The notes under the pieces: model-generated
What the model was told of the DNA's origin: nothing
The model's input: only the letters and a program-made list of their open reading frames with translations
Databases searched by the model: none
NCBI GenBank assembly: GCA_032111385.1
Contig: JAULUX010000114.1
Span: forward strand, 1 to 35,028
Length of the DNA stretch: 35,028 nucleotides
Reading direction: 5' to 3'
Source: Bacteroidia bacterium
Lineage (GTDB): Bacteria > Bacteroidota > Bacteroidia > AKYH767-A > OLB10
In this document: positions 17,020 through 26,888 of the stretch, one piece after another
Position numbering within the stretch: position 1 is the first letter of the stretch
How the letters are laid out: each line of letters begins with the position of its first letter
Position numbers and translations under genes: made by a program

Positions 17020-18222
17020 ATGACGATTGGTATCATTCGGGAAGAGAAAATGCCTCGCGACAAGCGCGTGCCGTTTACTCCGTTGCAATGCAAAGAACTA
17101 GTGGAGCTGTACCCCGGGTTGAATATCCTGGTTCAGCCATCCCCACACAGATGCTATTCCGATGCAGAGTATGCGTCGCTTGGAATCTCATTGCAGGAAG
17201 ACCTAAGTCAATGCGATGTGCTGATGGGCATAAAAGAAGTTCCGAAGGAGAAACTCATTCCGGGAAAAAAGTACTTGTTCTTTTCCCATACGATCAAAAA
17301 GCAGCCTCACAATCGTGATCTGCTCAAAACAGTCCTGCAAAAAGGTGTTCAACTCATCGATTACGAATGTCTGGTGGATGAAAAGAATAACCGTGTCATC
17401 GGATTTGGCAGGTATGCAGGTCTGGTAGGTGCCTACAACGGCATCATGGCCTATGGACTCAAGTATGGTTTGTTTGAGCTGAAGCCGGCGCAGTTATGTC
17501 ACGATAAAAAGGAGTTGTTCGCCGGCTTGGATCAGATCAGCTTGCCCAACATCAAAATCATCGTTACCGGTGGCGGACGTGTAGCGAATGGCGCTTTGGA
17601 AGTGCTGGGTGTTCTTGGTCTGAGAAAAGTAACTGCCTATGAATTCCTGAACTATTCTTTCAGGGAGCCTGTCTATGCTCAATTGCATTCTGAGGATTAT
17701 CACCGTTCCAAGGACGGATCGCCCTTCAGCAACAGCCTGTTTCACGAACATCCCGAGTTGTTCGATTGTACTTTCGCTCATGGGCATTCATTCGCCTCCA
17801 ATTGCGATCTGTTGATTCACTGTACTTTTTGGAATCCTGCAGCTCCGGTCCTTTTCACCAAAGACCAGATGCGCGATCCCCGTTTTCGGATTTCGGTTAT
17901 AGCCGATGTGACCTGCGATATCGACGGCAGTATTCCTTCGACTACCAAGCCATCAACGATCGAGGATAAGTTTTACGGCTACAATCCGAATACCGAGAAA
18001 ATCGACGAGCCTTTCGCGCCATCCACCATTACGGTAATGGCTATAGACAATCTCCCATGTGAACTTCCCAGGGATGCATCTGAAGGGTTCGGGAAGCACC
18101 TGATCGAACGGGTCATGCCGTCGTTGTTGGGTGAGGACAACGGTCTGATTGAACGTGCTAGTATCGCGAGGGAAGGTAAACTTACTTCGCGGTTCGGATA
18201 CTTGTCCGACTACGTCGCCTGA
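17020..18222 (+). CDS. AlaDh/PNT-fold NAD(P)-dependent oxidoreductase, lysine-ketoglutarate reductase/saccharopine dehydrogenase-like
   Basis: 400 aa from MTIGIIRE. GIKEVP, FFSHTIKKQPHN, LIDYE, IGFGRYAG, ADVTCDIDGSI and MAIDNLPCELPRDAS match LKR-type domains. Confidence 0.8.
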   Translation: MTIGIIREEKMPRDKRVPFTPLQCKELVELYPGLNILVQPSPHRCYSDAEYASLGISLQEDLSQCDVLMGIKEVPKEKLIPGKKYLFFSHTIKKQPHNRDLLKTVLQKGVQLIDYECLVDEKNNRVIGFGRYAGLVGAYNGIMAYGLKYGLFELKPAQLCHDKKELFAGLDQISLPNIKIIVTGGGRVANGALEVLGVLGLRKVTAYEFLNYSFREPVYAQLHSEDYHRSKDGSPFSNSLFHEHPELFDCTFAHGHSFASNCDLLIHCTFWNPAAPVLFTKDQMRDPRFRISVIADVTCDIDGSIPSTTKPSTIEDKFYGYNPNTEKIDEPFAPSTITVMAIDNLPCELPRDASEGFGKHLIERVMPSLLGEDNGLIERASIAREGKLTSRFGYLSDYVA

Positions 18223-18241
18223 TTTACGGATGGAATAGGGC

Positions 18242-18907
18242 TTACGCAGTCTGTGACACGCAATCCTTCAGCATAGAAATGACTTCTGTAGGGTTGGTGG
18301 ATGAAAAAACCGTGTTTCCGGCCACCAAGACATCAGCACCGGCCTCCACCAGTTCACGGGCATTCTTTAAGTCCACACCTCCGTCGATTTCAATTTTAGC
18401 GGATGAGTTTTTTTGAAGAATCAGATTCTTCAAGTCATCGACTTTGCTCAGTGTATTCTTGATGAAACGCTGCCCGCCGAATCCGGGATTGACAGACATG
18501 ACCACAACCAGGTCAATCGAGGCGATCACCTCTGAGAGGAGCGATACCGGCGTATGTGGGTTGATGGCTACTCCCGCCAGTACACCCAGCTGTCGCATCG
18601 ATTGGATGGTCCGGTGGAGATGCGTGCAGGCTTCCAAATGAACGGAAATGATAGAGGCTCCGGCGTCGGCGAAGGCTGCCAGGTACTTGTCCGGTTCAAC
18701 AATCATCAAGTGCACATCCAATGGCTTCTTGGCGTGCTTTCTCAAAGCGCTCATGACGGGAAATCCAAAGGAAATATTCGGAACGAATACGCCATCCATT
18801 ACGTCGACATGGAACCAGTCGGCACGACTTTCATTGATCATCTTGATGTCTTGCTGCAGATTGCCGAAATCTGCGGAAAGGACGGATGGGGCGATAAGTA
18901 CGGGCAT
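18242..18907 (-). CDS. rpe: Ribulose-phosphate 3-epimerase
   Basis: IAPSVLSADF, HVDVMDGVFVPN, DVHLM, MSVNPGFGGQ and EIDGG. Start moved to ATG 18907, with a near-consensus -7 TAACTTTA at 18925-18932. Confidence 0.96.
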   Translation of the reverse strand: MPVLIAPSVLSADFGNLQQDIKMINESRADWFHVDVMDGVFVPNISFGFPVMSALRKHAKKPLDVHLMIVEPDKYLAAFADAGASIISVHLEACTHLHRTIQSMRQLGVLAGVAINPHTPVSLLSEVIASIDLVVVMSVNPGFGGQRFIKNTLSKVDDLKNLILQKNSSAKIEIDGGVDLKNARELVEAGADVLVAGNTVFSSTNPTEVISMLKDCVSQTA

Positions 18908-18972
18908 GGGCTTTTTTCGAAACGTAAAGTTACGCAACCTGGCCGTTTTTCCGGTGATGCCCGCCCAGGGGT

Positions 18973-19908
18973 CTAAAAGTGTACACCCATTCCGAACATG
19001 AAAAAGAGGCTATTCAGGCCGTTCGTTCGCTCCGGCATGACCAACTGATCTCCGTCGAAAAAGCTTGTGTAGATTTTGGATGGAATCGCCTCCCGATAAA
19101 GAGTTCTTCTGTAGGTGACTTGGGGTAAAATCAAAGAAAAATAAGCTGAAGCATGCCATTCAAAACGAACGCCCGCCTCCATCGAGTACAGGTCGGCAAA
19201 CACGGTTCGTGAAAATTCCTCTTTTTTATATTCGAGGGCACCGGTTGAGCTGTTTTGCATCAAGTCGGTCTGCATGGTCACCTCTTCCTTTTCCCTTAGG
19301 TGAGTGTACATCAATTAGCCAACTATATGGATGGAATAACCCAGGAAATGAGCCGGATTGTATTCTTGAAGAGTTAGTGCTCCAATGACATAGACCGACT
19401 TTAAATCGTGCGACATGATGATTGACTCACCGATATATTCGTTTTTGAGAATTCCTTGTTGGATCTTGTCGACATCGAGAAAACCGGATTGACTGAATTG
19501 AAATCGTTCATAACCGAGTCCGATCGACAGGGGTGATCCTGCGGTTTTAAGCTTCGAAAAGTCAATTGACATTTCGAAGGAAGGCTTGTCTGAAAGTACA
19601 CCGTAAGTCTCTCGGTCGCTTTCTGTGTCGCTACCGAAAATGCTAAAGCCTAAGTCCATCTCAGGTTCTTTGATCAGCTCATTCAGCATAAAGATCTGCT
19701 TGTTCCATCTGGTTGCAATGGTGTAATAGTGGACAGTTGTACTTTCTTTTATCGGCTTGTACACCACAATTGAGTCCGGGTCTCCCGTAAAGCTGATGTG
19801 TTCGGTCTTGGAAGCAGACTGTCCTCCCTTCGAAGTGGAAGAAAGCACGACCATCATCAAGGATAAGAAGATGCTGATTGAATGGAAGGTGTTTTTGTTA
19901 GTAGTCAT
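18973..19908 (-). pseudogene. Orphan exported, probably outer-membrane beta-barrel protein interrupted by an in-frame TAA at 19315-19317
   Basis: ORFs 19315..19908 and 18973..19314 share a frame and together align end to end with the neighbouring paralog. Signal-like N-terminus and C-terminal GMGVHF. Confidence 0.65.
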
Positions 19909-19974
19909 TCATAAACCCGGTTTAAATTGAAGTTCTGGGATGGAAAGTGACCTAATTGACCTTTTATTGACTGA

Positions 19975-20884
19975 TTAAAGATGAAGTCCGATTCCCACCA
20001 TTAAGAAAATCCCATGGTAACTGCTCTTACGCTCTTCGATTTCGATTTTGTCACCATCAATTCCACTTGTGTAAGTAGTGGCAGGAACAGCATTGCTGAT
20101 GAATGTTCCTCTAAGTGTTACCTGTGGAAGTATTATGGATATGAATCGGCTTGCATGCAACTCCAAGCGCCCCCCCGGCTTCAATGGCAAGTTTGTCGGC
20201 AGGCATTGATCTTTGAAAGGTCTCGGATTGATATTCCATTTGACCTGTAGTTCCATTGATATGGTAGTTGCTTTGCATGGTTACCCGTTCGGTTTCCTGA
20301 ATATCAAAATACCGAATGGCACTGAACACACTGATTGAATAACCGAAAATACGTTTTGGCACAAAGGGTTTCACATTCAATAAACCCATCAGCGAAAAGG
20401 AATGCAAGTCGATGGTGTGAACCAGGTATTCACCATAATAGGTTTCACTGAACCAGCCTGACAAGGTTTGATCGACATCAATAAATCCACCATATTGATA
20501 TTGAAGTTTTTCAATTCCAATACCCAAAGTGACCGGATTTCCTTTGATGTTTAGATTGGGAAAAGTTATGGCAGCTTCGTAGTACAATCCTGATTCCCAA
20601 TTTAGAATGGCCGTTTCTTCAATGCCGTCAAAGATGCTAGGGGGATCTGTTGTTTTTATAGATTCAAATTTTTTCCCTGTCCAGAACTCATACCCGGCTG
20701 TGAAATGGAACCTGCTTTTTCGATCCGGAGTAGGTGCGGTGTTGATTAGGGAGTCCGTTTTTTTTACTTTAAATGCGGAGTGATTCAACATCGCCTGGTC
20801 CCGTGATCTGCCATAAATTGGAGTAATCAGTGCAGCGCAGGTGAAAAGCAGTGTAATTATCACCTGCATCAGCATTTTTTTCAT
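19975..20884 (-). pseudogene. Paralogous orphan beta-barrel-like protein, frameshifted at a G7 tract (C7 at 20170-20176 on +)
   Basis: Removing one G joins ...IEAGG to RLELHASRFISIILPQVT...GIGLHL (302 aa). This matches the paralog's EAGVRFEWHASAYFSLILPQVT...GMGVHF. Confidence 0.65.
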
Positions 20885-20961
20885 TATTCAAAGGAAATCT
20901 GATTTTCTTGGGATTTGGATTTGTTGTGTCAGAACCTCACCTGATCTTAGTCAGTTAAATG

Positions 20962-20989
20962 AAAAAAGCCCCGGTATACCGAGGCTTTT
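20962..20989 (-). terminator. Intrinsic terminator after sigma paralog 2
   Basis: Minus strand AAAAGCCTCGGT-AT-ACCGGGGCTTTTTT. Confidence 0.75.
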
Positions 20990-21007
20990 CAAAATGTTGT
21001 CATATGT

Positions 21008-21871
21008 CTAACCCAGATAGGTCTTCAGGATCTTGCTGCGCGATGTGTGCTTCAATCTGCGTATCGCTTTCTCTTTGATCTGACGTACGCGTTCGCGGGT
21101 GAGTTCGAAACGTTCACCGATTTCCTCAAGAGTCATGGGCGAGTCGTTCAGGCCGAAATACAGGCGGATGACGTCGGCTTCACGCGGTGTGAGCGTGAAC
21201 AGAGCCCTTTCGATCTCTCTGCGAAGCGATTCGGTAATGAGGTTGTTCTCCGGGGAGGGTGTTGAATCTTCACCGGGCATTAGGTCCATCATTGTGGAGT
21301 CCTCTCCCTGGATCAGCGGGGCGTCCATGGATACATGTCGTCCTGATGAACGCATCGTATCGAGTACATCATCAACGGATATATTCAGAACTTCCGACAA
21401 TTCTTCGTTGGTGGGTTCACGTTCGAACTCCTGTTCGAGCTGAGCGAAGGCCCGGTTTATCTTGTTGATGAAACCGATCTTGTTCAAAGGCAAGCGGACG
21501 ATGCGTGCTTGTTCTGCCAAAGATTGAAGGATGCTTTGTCTGATCCACCATACGGCATAGGAGATGAATTTGAATCCCCGCGTTTCATCGAATCGTTGAG
21601 CCGCCTTGATCAAACCCACATTCCCTTCATTGATCAGATCACCAAGGGTCAATCCCTGATTCTGGTATTGCTTGGCCACGGAAACGACAAAGCGCAGATT
21701 TGCCTTGGTGAGACGCTCAAGAGCCTGTCTGTCGCCTTCCTTTATACGGCGAGCCAGTTCCACCTCTTCCTCGGGCTTGATCAAGTCCACTTTCCCGATT
21801 TCCTGAAGGTATTTGTCGAGTGATGCGGTTTCGCGATTGGTGACCTGCTTGGTAATTTTTAATTGTCTCAT
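21008..21871 (-). CDS. rpoD: RNA polymerase sigma-70 factor, Bacteroidota primary (RpoD/SigA) type, paralog 2
   Basis: Start at [26 protein letters not shown] (ATG 21871), 287 aa. Conserved regions 2 and 4, in the rpsO-pnp-sigma-(rpe) context. Confidence 0.92.
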   Translation of the reverse strand: MRQLKITKQVTNRETASLDKYLQEIGKVDLIKPEEEVELARRIKEGDRQALERLTKANLRFVVSVAKQYQNQGLTLGDLINEGNVGLIKAAQRFDETRGFKFISYAVWWIRQSILQSLAEQARIVRLPLNKIGFINKINRAFAQLEQEFEREPTNEELSEVLNISVDDVLDTMRSSGRHVSMDAPLIQGEDSTMMDLMPGEDSTPSPENNLITESLRREIERALFTLTPREADVIRLYFGLNDSPMTLEEIGERFELTRERVRQIKEKAIRRLKHTSRSKILKTYLG

Positions 21872-22052
21872 GTTTGCTATAAAGAATACAAGTCCCCTTA
21901 ACGGCATGTATTGGAAGCAGGTTGCAGCATGACATGTTGTATGCCTTTTCCGGATGTAAGATTCAGGTGATTCTGGTCGACAATTGGGCAGAAACGATTG
22001 AAACCGTTAGTTTTTGAATCAAATTAAACACTGCGTCTTGAGGATTGTACAT

Positions 22053-22082
22053 AAAAAAAGCCTGTTGTAAACAACAGGCTTT
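22053..22082 (-). terminator. Intrinsic terminator after pnp
   Basis: Minus strand AAAGCCTGTTGT-TT-ACAACAGGCTTTTTTT. Confidence 0.85.
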
Positions 22083-22105
22083 CAAATATTTAGCGTATTT
22101 CCGGA

Positions 22106-24256
22106 TCAGTTTTCCTCTTTGGGAGCTACTCTTTCCGGACGGTTATTCAACAAAACCTTACGGGATAACCGGTATTTGCCGGTTTTCTTATCGACTTCAA
22201 CCAGCTTCACCTTAACGATTTCTCCTTCTTTAAAGACGCCGTCCATGGAGGCCAGTCTATCGTTGGAGATTTCGGAGATGTGCAGAAGTCCATCCTTACC
22301 GGGCATGAATTCAACGAAGGCACCGAACGTGGTGATGGTCTTGACTTTTCCTTCATACACTTCACCGACTTCAGGTTCGGCGACGATTCCTCGTATGCGA
22401 GACAGTGCTGCATCAATACAAGCCTTGTCAGGCGAAGCGATCTCCACATGTCCTTCCCCACCGATTTCCTCGATGGTTATCGAGGTGTTGGTAAGGCGTT
22501 GGATTTCCTGAATGATCTTTCCTCCGGGTCCGATGATGGCACCGATATAATCCTTGGCCACACGGATCTTGACGATGCGTGGTGCATGCGGCTTGTAATC
22601 TTCGGCAGGCTGTGAGATGGTCTTATTCATCTCGTCAAGGATATGCAGGCGGCCGGCACGCGCTTGCTCAAGGGCTTGAAGCAGGATATCATACGGAAGT
22701 CCGTCCACTTTCAAATCCATCTGGCAGGCACAGATCCCTTTGGAGGTTCCGGTCACTTTGAAGTCCATATCGCCAAGGTGATCTTCATCGCCCAGGATAT
22801 CGCTCAATACGGCGAAGTTTCCTTTGCCATCAGTGATCAGACCCATGGCGATACCGGAAACGGCAGCTTTGATCTTGATGCCTGCATCAAACAAGGCAAG
22901 GGAGCCAGCACAAACGGTGGCCATGGAACTGGAACCGTTCGACTCAAGAATATCGGAAACGATTCGAATGGTGTAGGGGTTGATGTCTTCACCGGGCATC
23001 ACCTGGCGCAATGAGCGCAGGGCCAGGTTGCCGTGCCCCACCTCGCGGCGACTTTGTCCGCGGTTGGGCTTCACTTCACCCGTACTGAACCCGGGGAAAT
23101 TGTAGTGAAGCATGAAATTGTTAGTGCCCTGGTACATGGCCTGGTCGATGATCTGCTCGTCGAGTTTAGTTCCCAGGGTTACTGTGGTCAGGGATTGCGT
23201 TTCACCGCGGGTGAATACGGCCGATCCGTGAGCTGAAGGCAGGTAATTCACTTCAGACCAGATAGGACGGATATCGGTGAGGCCACGTCCGTCGAGTCGG
23301 ATACGCTCCTTAAGGATCATATCGCGCATGGCATCGTATTCCACATCGTGGTAGTACTTCTTGATCAGCCCTTCTTTCTGGGCCCGCTCTTCTTCGCTGA
23401 AAGTGGCGAGGAACTCCTCGAGTACCTGCTTGAAACCTTCCTTGCGTTCTTTCTTGTTCGGATTGCAACGACGTGCTACGGCGTAGACTTTGTCGTAGGT
23501 TTCGCGATTTACTTTTTCGCGGAGTTCCTCGTCGTGTACTTCGTGACTGTAGTCACGCTTCTGGATCCCACCAAGCTTTTCTGCAAGTTCCAGCTGGGCT
23601 GCGCACTGTACCTTGATGGCTTCATGCGCGGTACGGATAGCCTCAGCCATATCGACTTCCTGAACCTCATCGCATTCTCCTTCGACCATCAGGATGTCCT
23701 TGGCGGTTCCGGCGACGATCAGGTCGATGTCTGCTCCTTCGGCTGATTCGATACGTGGGTTGATGATATACTCTCCGTTGATTCGGCAAACCCTGACTTC
23801 GGAAACTGGTCCGTTGAAGGGGATATCGGAGATGGTGACTGCTGCCGATGCAGCCAGTCCGGCAAGACTATCGGGAGCGACATCCTTATCTGCAGAGATC
23901 AGGAACACCTGAATCTGGATGTCGGCATGGTAATCGGAAGGGAAGATCGGACGCAATGCCCGGTCGATGAGACGGCAGATCAGGATCTCCTGCTCGGTAG
24001 GCCTTGCTTCACGACGGAAAAATGAACCTGGGATTCGACCTGCGGAGGCGAATTTTTCCTGGTAATCGACAGTGAGTGGAAGGAAGTCGACTCCTTCCTT
24101 GGCCTTCTCAGATGAGACCACGGTGGCCAGCAGCATACAATTGCCTTGACGGACGATAACGGAACCGTGGGCCTGTTTGGCCAATCGGCCTGTCTCGATG
24201 ACAATCTCCCGTCCGTCGGGGAGAAGAGATGAGACAGTGGTTGCTTTTGGTTGCAT
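22106..24256 (-). CDS. pnp: Polyribonucleotide nucleotidyltransferase (PNPase)
   Basis: Two RNase PH domains ([42 protein letters not shown]), KH (IIGPGGK) and S1 domains. Confidence 0.98.
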   Translation of the reverse strand: MQPKATTVSSLLPDGREIVIETGRLAKQAHGSVIVRQGNCMLLATVVSSEKAKEGVDFLPLTVDYQEKFASAGRIPGSFFRREARPTEQEILICRLIDRALRPIFPSDYHADIQIQVFLISADKDVAPDSLAGLAASAAVTISDIPFNGPVSEVRVCRINGEYIINPRIESAEGADIDLIVAGTAKDILMVEGECDEVQEVDMAEAIRTAHEAIKVQCAAQLELAEKLGGIQKRDYSHEVHDEELREKVNRETYDKVYAVARRCNPNKKERKEGFKQVLEEFLATFSEEERAQKEGLIKKYYHDVEYDAMRDMILKERIRLDGRGLTDIRPIWSEVNYLPSAHGSAVFTRGETQSLTTVTLGTKLDEQIIDQAMYQGTNNFMLHYNFPGFSTGEVKPNRGQSRREVGHGNLALRSLRQVMPGEDINPYTIRIVSDILESNGSSSMATVCAGSLALFDAGIKIKAAVSGIAMGLITDGKGNFAVLSDILGDEDHLGDMDFKVTGTSKGICACQMDLKVDGLPYDILLQALEQARAGRLHILDEMNKTISQPAEDYKPHAPRIVKIRVAKDYIGAIIGPGGKIIQEIQRLTNTSITIEEIGGEGHVEIASPDKACIDAALSRIRGIVAEPEVGEVYEGKVKTITTFGAFVEFMPGKDGLLHISEISNDRLASMDGVFKEGEIVKVKLVEVDKKTGKYRLSRKVLLNNRPERVAPKEEN

Positions 24257-24341
24257 TTTGGACAGCTTTTTATTGGATCTATATGATATCGATAGGTAGT
24301 AGAAACCCGGAACCAGTATTGACTGTATTCATGGGTAGAAA

Positions 24342-24376
24342 CGAAAAAAAGGCAATTTTTGAATTGCCTTTTTTCG
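24342..24376 (-). terminator. Terminator-like hairpin between rpsO and pnp
   Basis: AAAAAAGGCAATT-TTTG-AATTGCCTTTTTT inverted repeat with tails on both sides. Confidence 0.75.
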
Positions 24377-24397
24377 AGTTGCCTGCTCCGGGCATGC

Positions 24398-24667
24398 TTA
24401 TTTGCGGATACCCAGTTCGCTGATGATGGCCCTGTAACGGGTGATATCCGTTTGGTGAAGGTAATCCAGCAGACTGCGACGCTTACCGACAAGCGTGATG
24501 AGCGCGCGCTGGGTGGAAAAGTCTTTGCGGGAAGTTTTCAGGTGATCTGTAAGGTGGTTGATACGCTCAGTAAAGATGGCGATCTGAGCCTCTGCTGAGC
24601 CGGTGTTCGACTCAGAGTTTCCGTGTTTTTTGAAGAGGGCTTTCTTCGATTCAGCAGTTAGCAGCAT
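24398..24667 (-). CDS. rpsO: 30S ribosomal protein S15
   Basis: 89 aa with NTGSAEAQIAIFT, HL...KD, LVGKRRSLLDYL and LGIRK. Confidence 0.98.
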   Translation of the reverse strand: MLLTAESKKALFKKHGNSESNTGSAEAQIAIFTERINHLTDHLKTSRKDFSTQRALITLVGKRRSLLDYLHQTDITRYRAIISELGIRK

Positions 24668-24700
24668 GTTCTTTTCAGCAGAAATTACTTTTCAGGTCGG

Positions 24701-24733
24701 CAAAGATACAAAACGTTGGTTGCCAAACCCAAA
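24701..24733 (-). promoter_or_regulatory. Full Bacteroidota promoter of rpsO (TTTG-N21-TATCTTTG)
   Basis: -7 TATCTTTG at 24701-24708 and -33 TTTG at 24730-24733. Confidence 0.7.
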
Positions 24734-24801
24734 TATGATTAAAATAATATATGAAGTGTCTTTATTGAATGGAGAGGTCGCATTTTGACCCGAATGTGAA
24801 T

Positions 24802-25647
24802 TTACTTCATCATGAAGCCGAACAATTGACCAAGCTTGGTTTTCAGGTCTTTACGCTCTGCAATTAGGTCCAGGAAGCCATGTTCAAGGACGAATTCTGA
24901 GGTTTGGAACCCCTTGGGGAGGTCTTTACCGATAGTTTCCTTGACGACCCTGGGTCCCGCGAAGCCGATGAGTGCTCCTGGTTCAGCCATGTTTATATCA
25001 CCCAACATGGCGAAGGAAGCCGTGACTCCACCGGTAGTGGGGTCGGTCATCAGTGAGATGTATGGCAAGCCCGCATCAGCAAGCCGGGTGAGTTTAGCCG
25101 ATGTCTTCGCCATTTGCATCAGTGAAAAAGCCGCCTCCATCATACGTGCACCACCCGATTTGGAGATGATCATAAAAGCAGTCCGGTGCTCAATGGCGTA
25201 ATCGATGGCGCGGGCTATTTTTTCTCCCATCACCGATCCCATGGAACCTCCGATGAATTTGAAATCCATACAAGCGATGGTTACCGGGATACCTTGAACT
25301 TCACCGGATGCAGTACGAATAGCGTCGTTTAAGCCGGTTTTTCGGGTGGTGTCCTGCACACGGTCGGTGTACTTTTTGGTGTCTGTGAACTTGAGTGGAT
25401 CCCCGGATCGCATACCGGCATTGAGTTCAGTATAACCGCTTTCGTCGAAAAGGATGGCGAAATACTCTTCTGAGCCGATGCGTTCGTGAAACTGGCATTT
25501 GGTGCACACCCACATGTTCTCCGCATGCTCGAGGGTGGTCAGGATGGATTTGCATTTCGGACACTTGTACCATAGACCTTCGGGAGTTTCCTTTTTCTCC
25601 TGGGTGCTCGTTGTGATGCCTTCTTTAATCCTTTTGAACCAACTCAT
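24802..25647 (-). CDS. accD: Acetyl-CoA carboxylase carboxyltransferase beta subunit
   Basis: C4 zinc finger (CPKC...CTKC), [21 protein letters not shown] and IGFAGPRV. Confidence 0.97.
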   Translation of the reverse strand: MSWFKRIKEGITTSTQEKKETPEGLWYKCPKCKSILTTLEHAENMWVCTKCQFHERIGSEEYFAILFDESGYTELNAGMRSGDPLKFTDTKKYTDRVQDTTRKTGLNDAIRTASGEVQGIPVTIACMDFKFIGGSMGSVMGEKIARAIDYAIEHRTAFMIISKSGGARMMEAAFSLMQMAKTSAKLTRLADAGLPYISLMTDPTTGGVTASFAMLGDINMAEPGALIGFAGPRVVKETIGKDLPKGFQTSEFVLEHGFLDLIAERKDLKTKLGQLFGFMMK

Positions 25648-25760
25648 GGTGCTGTCGTTTGGGACTTCTAATACTGATTGATTTGCGGTAGGAATGAGAT
25701 TGATGAGGGAAATTTAATCTCAATTTTTATTTTAAATAATCTAATTTAAAATATTGAAAT

Positions 25761-26819
25761 TTAGGCTACTGTAACTTCTTTGTTGAGATAAACGTCTTGG
25801 ATTGAATGCAGTAATTTGACGCCTTCATCAAAAGGTTTTTGAAATGCTTTTCTACCGGAGATGAGTCCATGACCGCCCGCCCGTTTGTTGATTACTGCAG
25901 TAGTGATGGCTTCGGAAAGATCGCTGGCACCTTTGCTTTCGCCTCCCGAATTGATCAATCCCATCCTGCCCATGTAACAGTTGGCCACTTGGTACCTACA
26001 AAGGTCGATAGGGTGCGGCGAGGAGAGTTCTTCGTAGACTTTTTTGTGTGTTTTGCCGAAATTCAAGGCGGTGTAGCCGCCATTGGTAGTCGGTAACTTT
26101 TGTTTGATGATGTCCGCTTGAATAGTGACACCGAGGTGATTGGCTTGCCCGGTAAGGTCGGCAGCGGTATGGTAATCAGTGCCGTCCTTTTTGAAAGCAC
26201 TGTTCCGAGTGTAACACCACAAGACCGTCGCCATGCCCAATTCGTGTGCCCGTTCAAAAGCGCGGGCGACCTCTACGATTTGACGGGATGATTCCTCCGA
26301 TCCGAAGTAAATGGTGGCACCCACGGCAACGGCGCCCATGTTCCAGGCCTCATCTACCGAACCAAACATGATTTGGTCAAATTTGTTGGGATAGGTCAGG
26401 AATTCGTTGTGGTTGATCTTTACAATGAATGGAATCCTATGGGCGTATTTCCTGGAAACGGATGCGAGTACGCCGAACGTGGAAGCGACCGCGTTGCATC
26501 CGCCTTCAATGGCCAATTTTACGATGTTCTCGGGGTCAAAAAATGCGGGATTGGGTGCGAATGAAGCTCCTGCACTGTGTTCAATTCCTTGATCTACCGG
26601 TAAAATACTCACATAGCCTGAGTTTGCAAGACGACCGCTTCCGTAAATGGATTGAATGCTGCGCAATACCTGATTGGTCCTGTTGCTTCCTGCGAATATT
26701 CGATCCGTAAAGTCAGATCCGGGCAAATGAATCTGGGAGGCCGGTATGGTTCGGCATACATGGCCAAGGAGGTTATCGGCTTCCTTGCCGAGTTGTTCGC
26801 GGATGTGTTCTATTGACAT
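25761..26819 (-). CDS. fbaB: Class I fructose-bisphosphate aldolase (DhnA/FbaB family)
   Basis: [24 protein letters not shown] Schiff-base Lys and [10 protein letters not shown]. Confidence 0.95.
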   Translation of the reverse strand: MSIEHIREQLGKEADNLLGHVCRTIPASQIHLPGSDFTDRIFAGSNRTNQVLRSIQSIYGSGRLANSGYVSILPVDQGIEHSAGASFAPNPAFFDPENIVKLAIEGGCNAVASTFGVLASVSRKYAHRIPFIVKINHNEFLTYPNKFDQIMFGSVDEAWNMGAVAVGATIYFGSEESSRQIVEVARAFERAHELGMATVLWCYTRNSAFKKDGTDYHTAADLTGQANHLGVTIQADIIKQKLPTTNGGYTALNFGKTHKKVYEELSSPHPIDLCRYQVANCYMGRMGLINSGGESKGASDLSEAITTAVINKRAGGHGLISGRKAFQKPFDEGVKLLHSIQDVYLNKEVTVA

Positions 26820-26853
26820 GGGTGTCGTTATGATTGGATGACGAAAGGGCGGA

Positions 26854-26861
26854 CAAAACTA
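26854..26861 (-). promoter_or_regulatory. -7 element (TAGTTTTG) of fbaB
   Basis: Exact TAnnTTTG match 34 nt upstream of the ATG. Confidence 0.6.
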
Positions 26862-26888
26862 CGGAAAATTGACTCCTGAGGCGTACTG

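Noticed and set aside
19315-19317. Stop-codon recoding (Sec, Pyl or an alternative code) as the explanation for the in-frame stop
   Set aside because: The codon is TAA, which ends other genes in the window (e.g. 37-39). Sec uses TGA and Pyl uses TAG.
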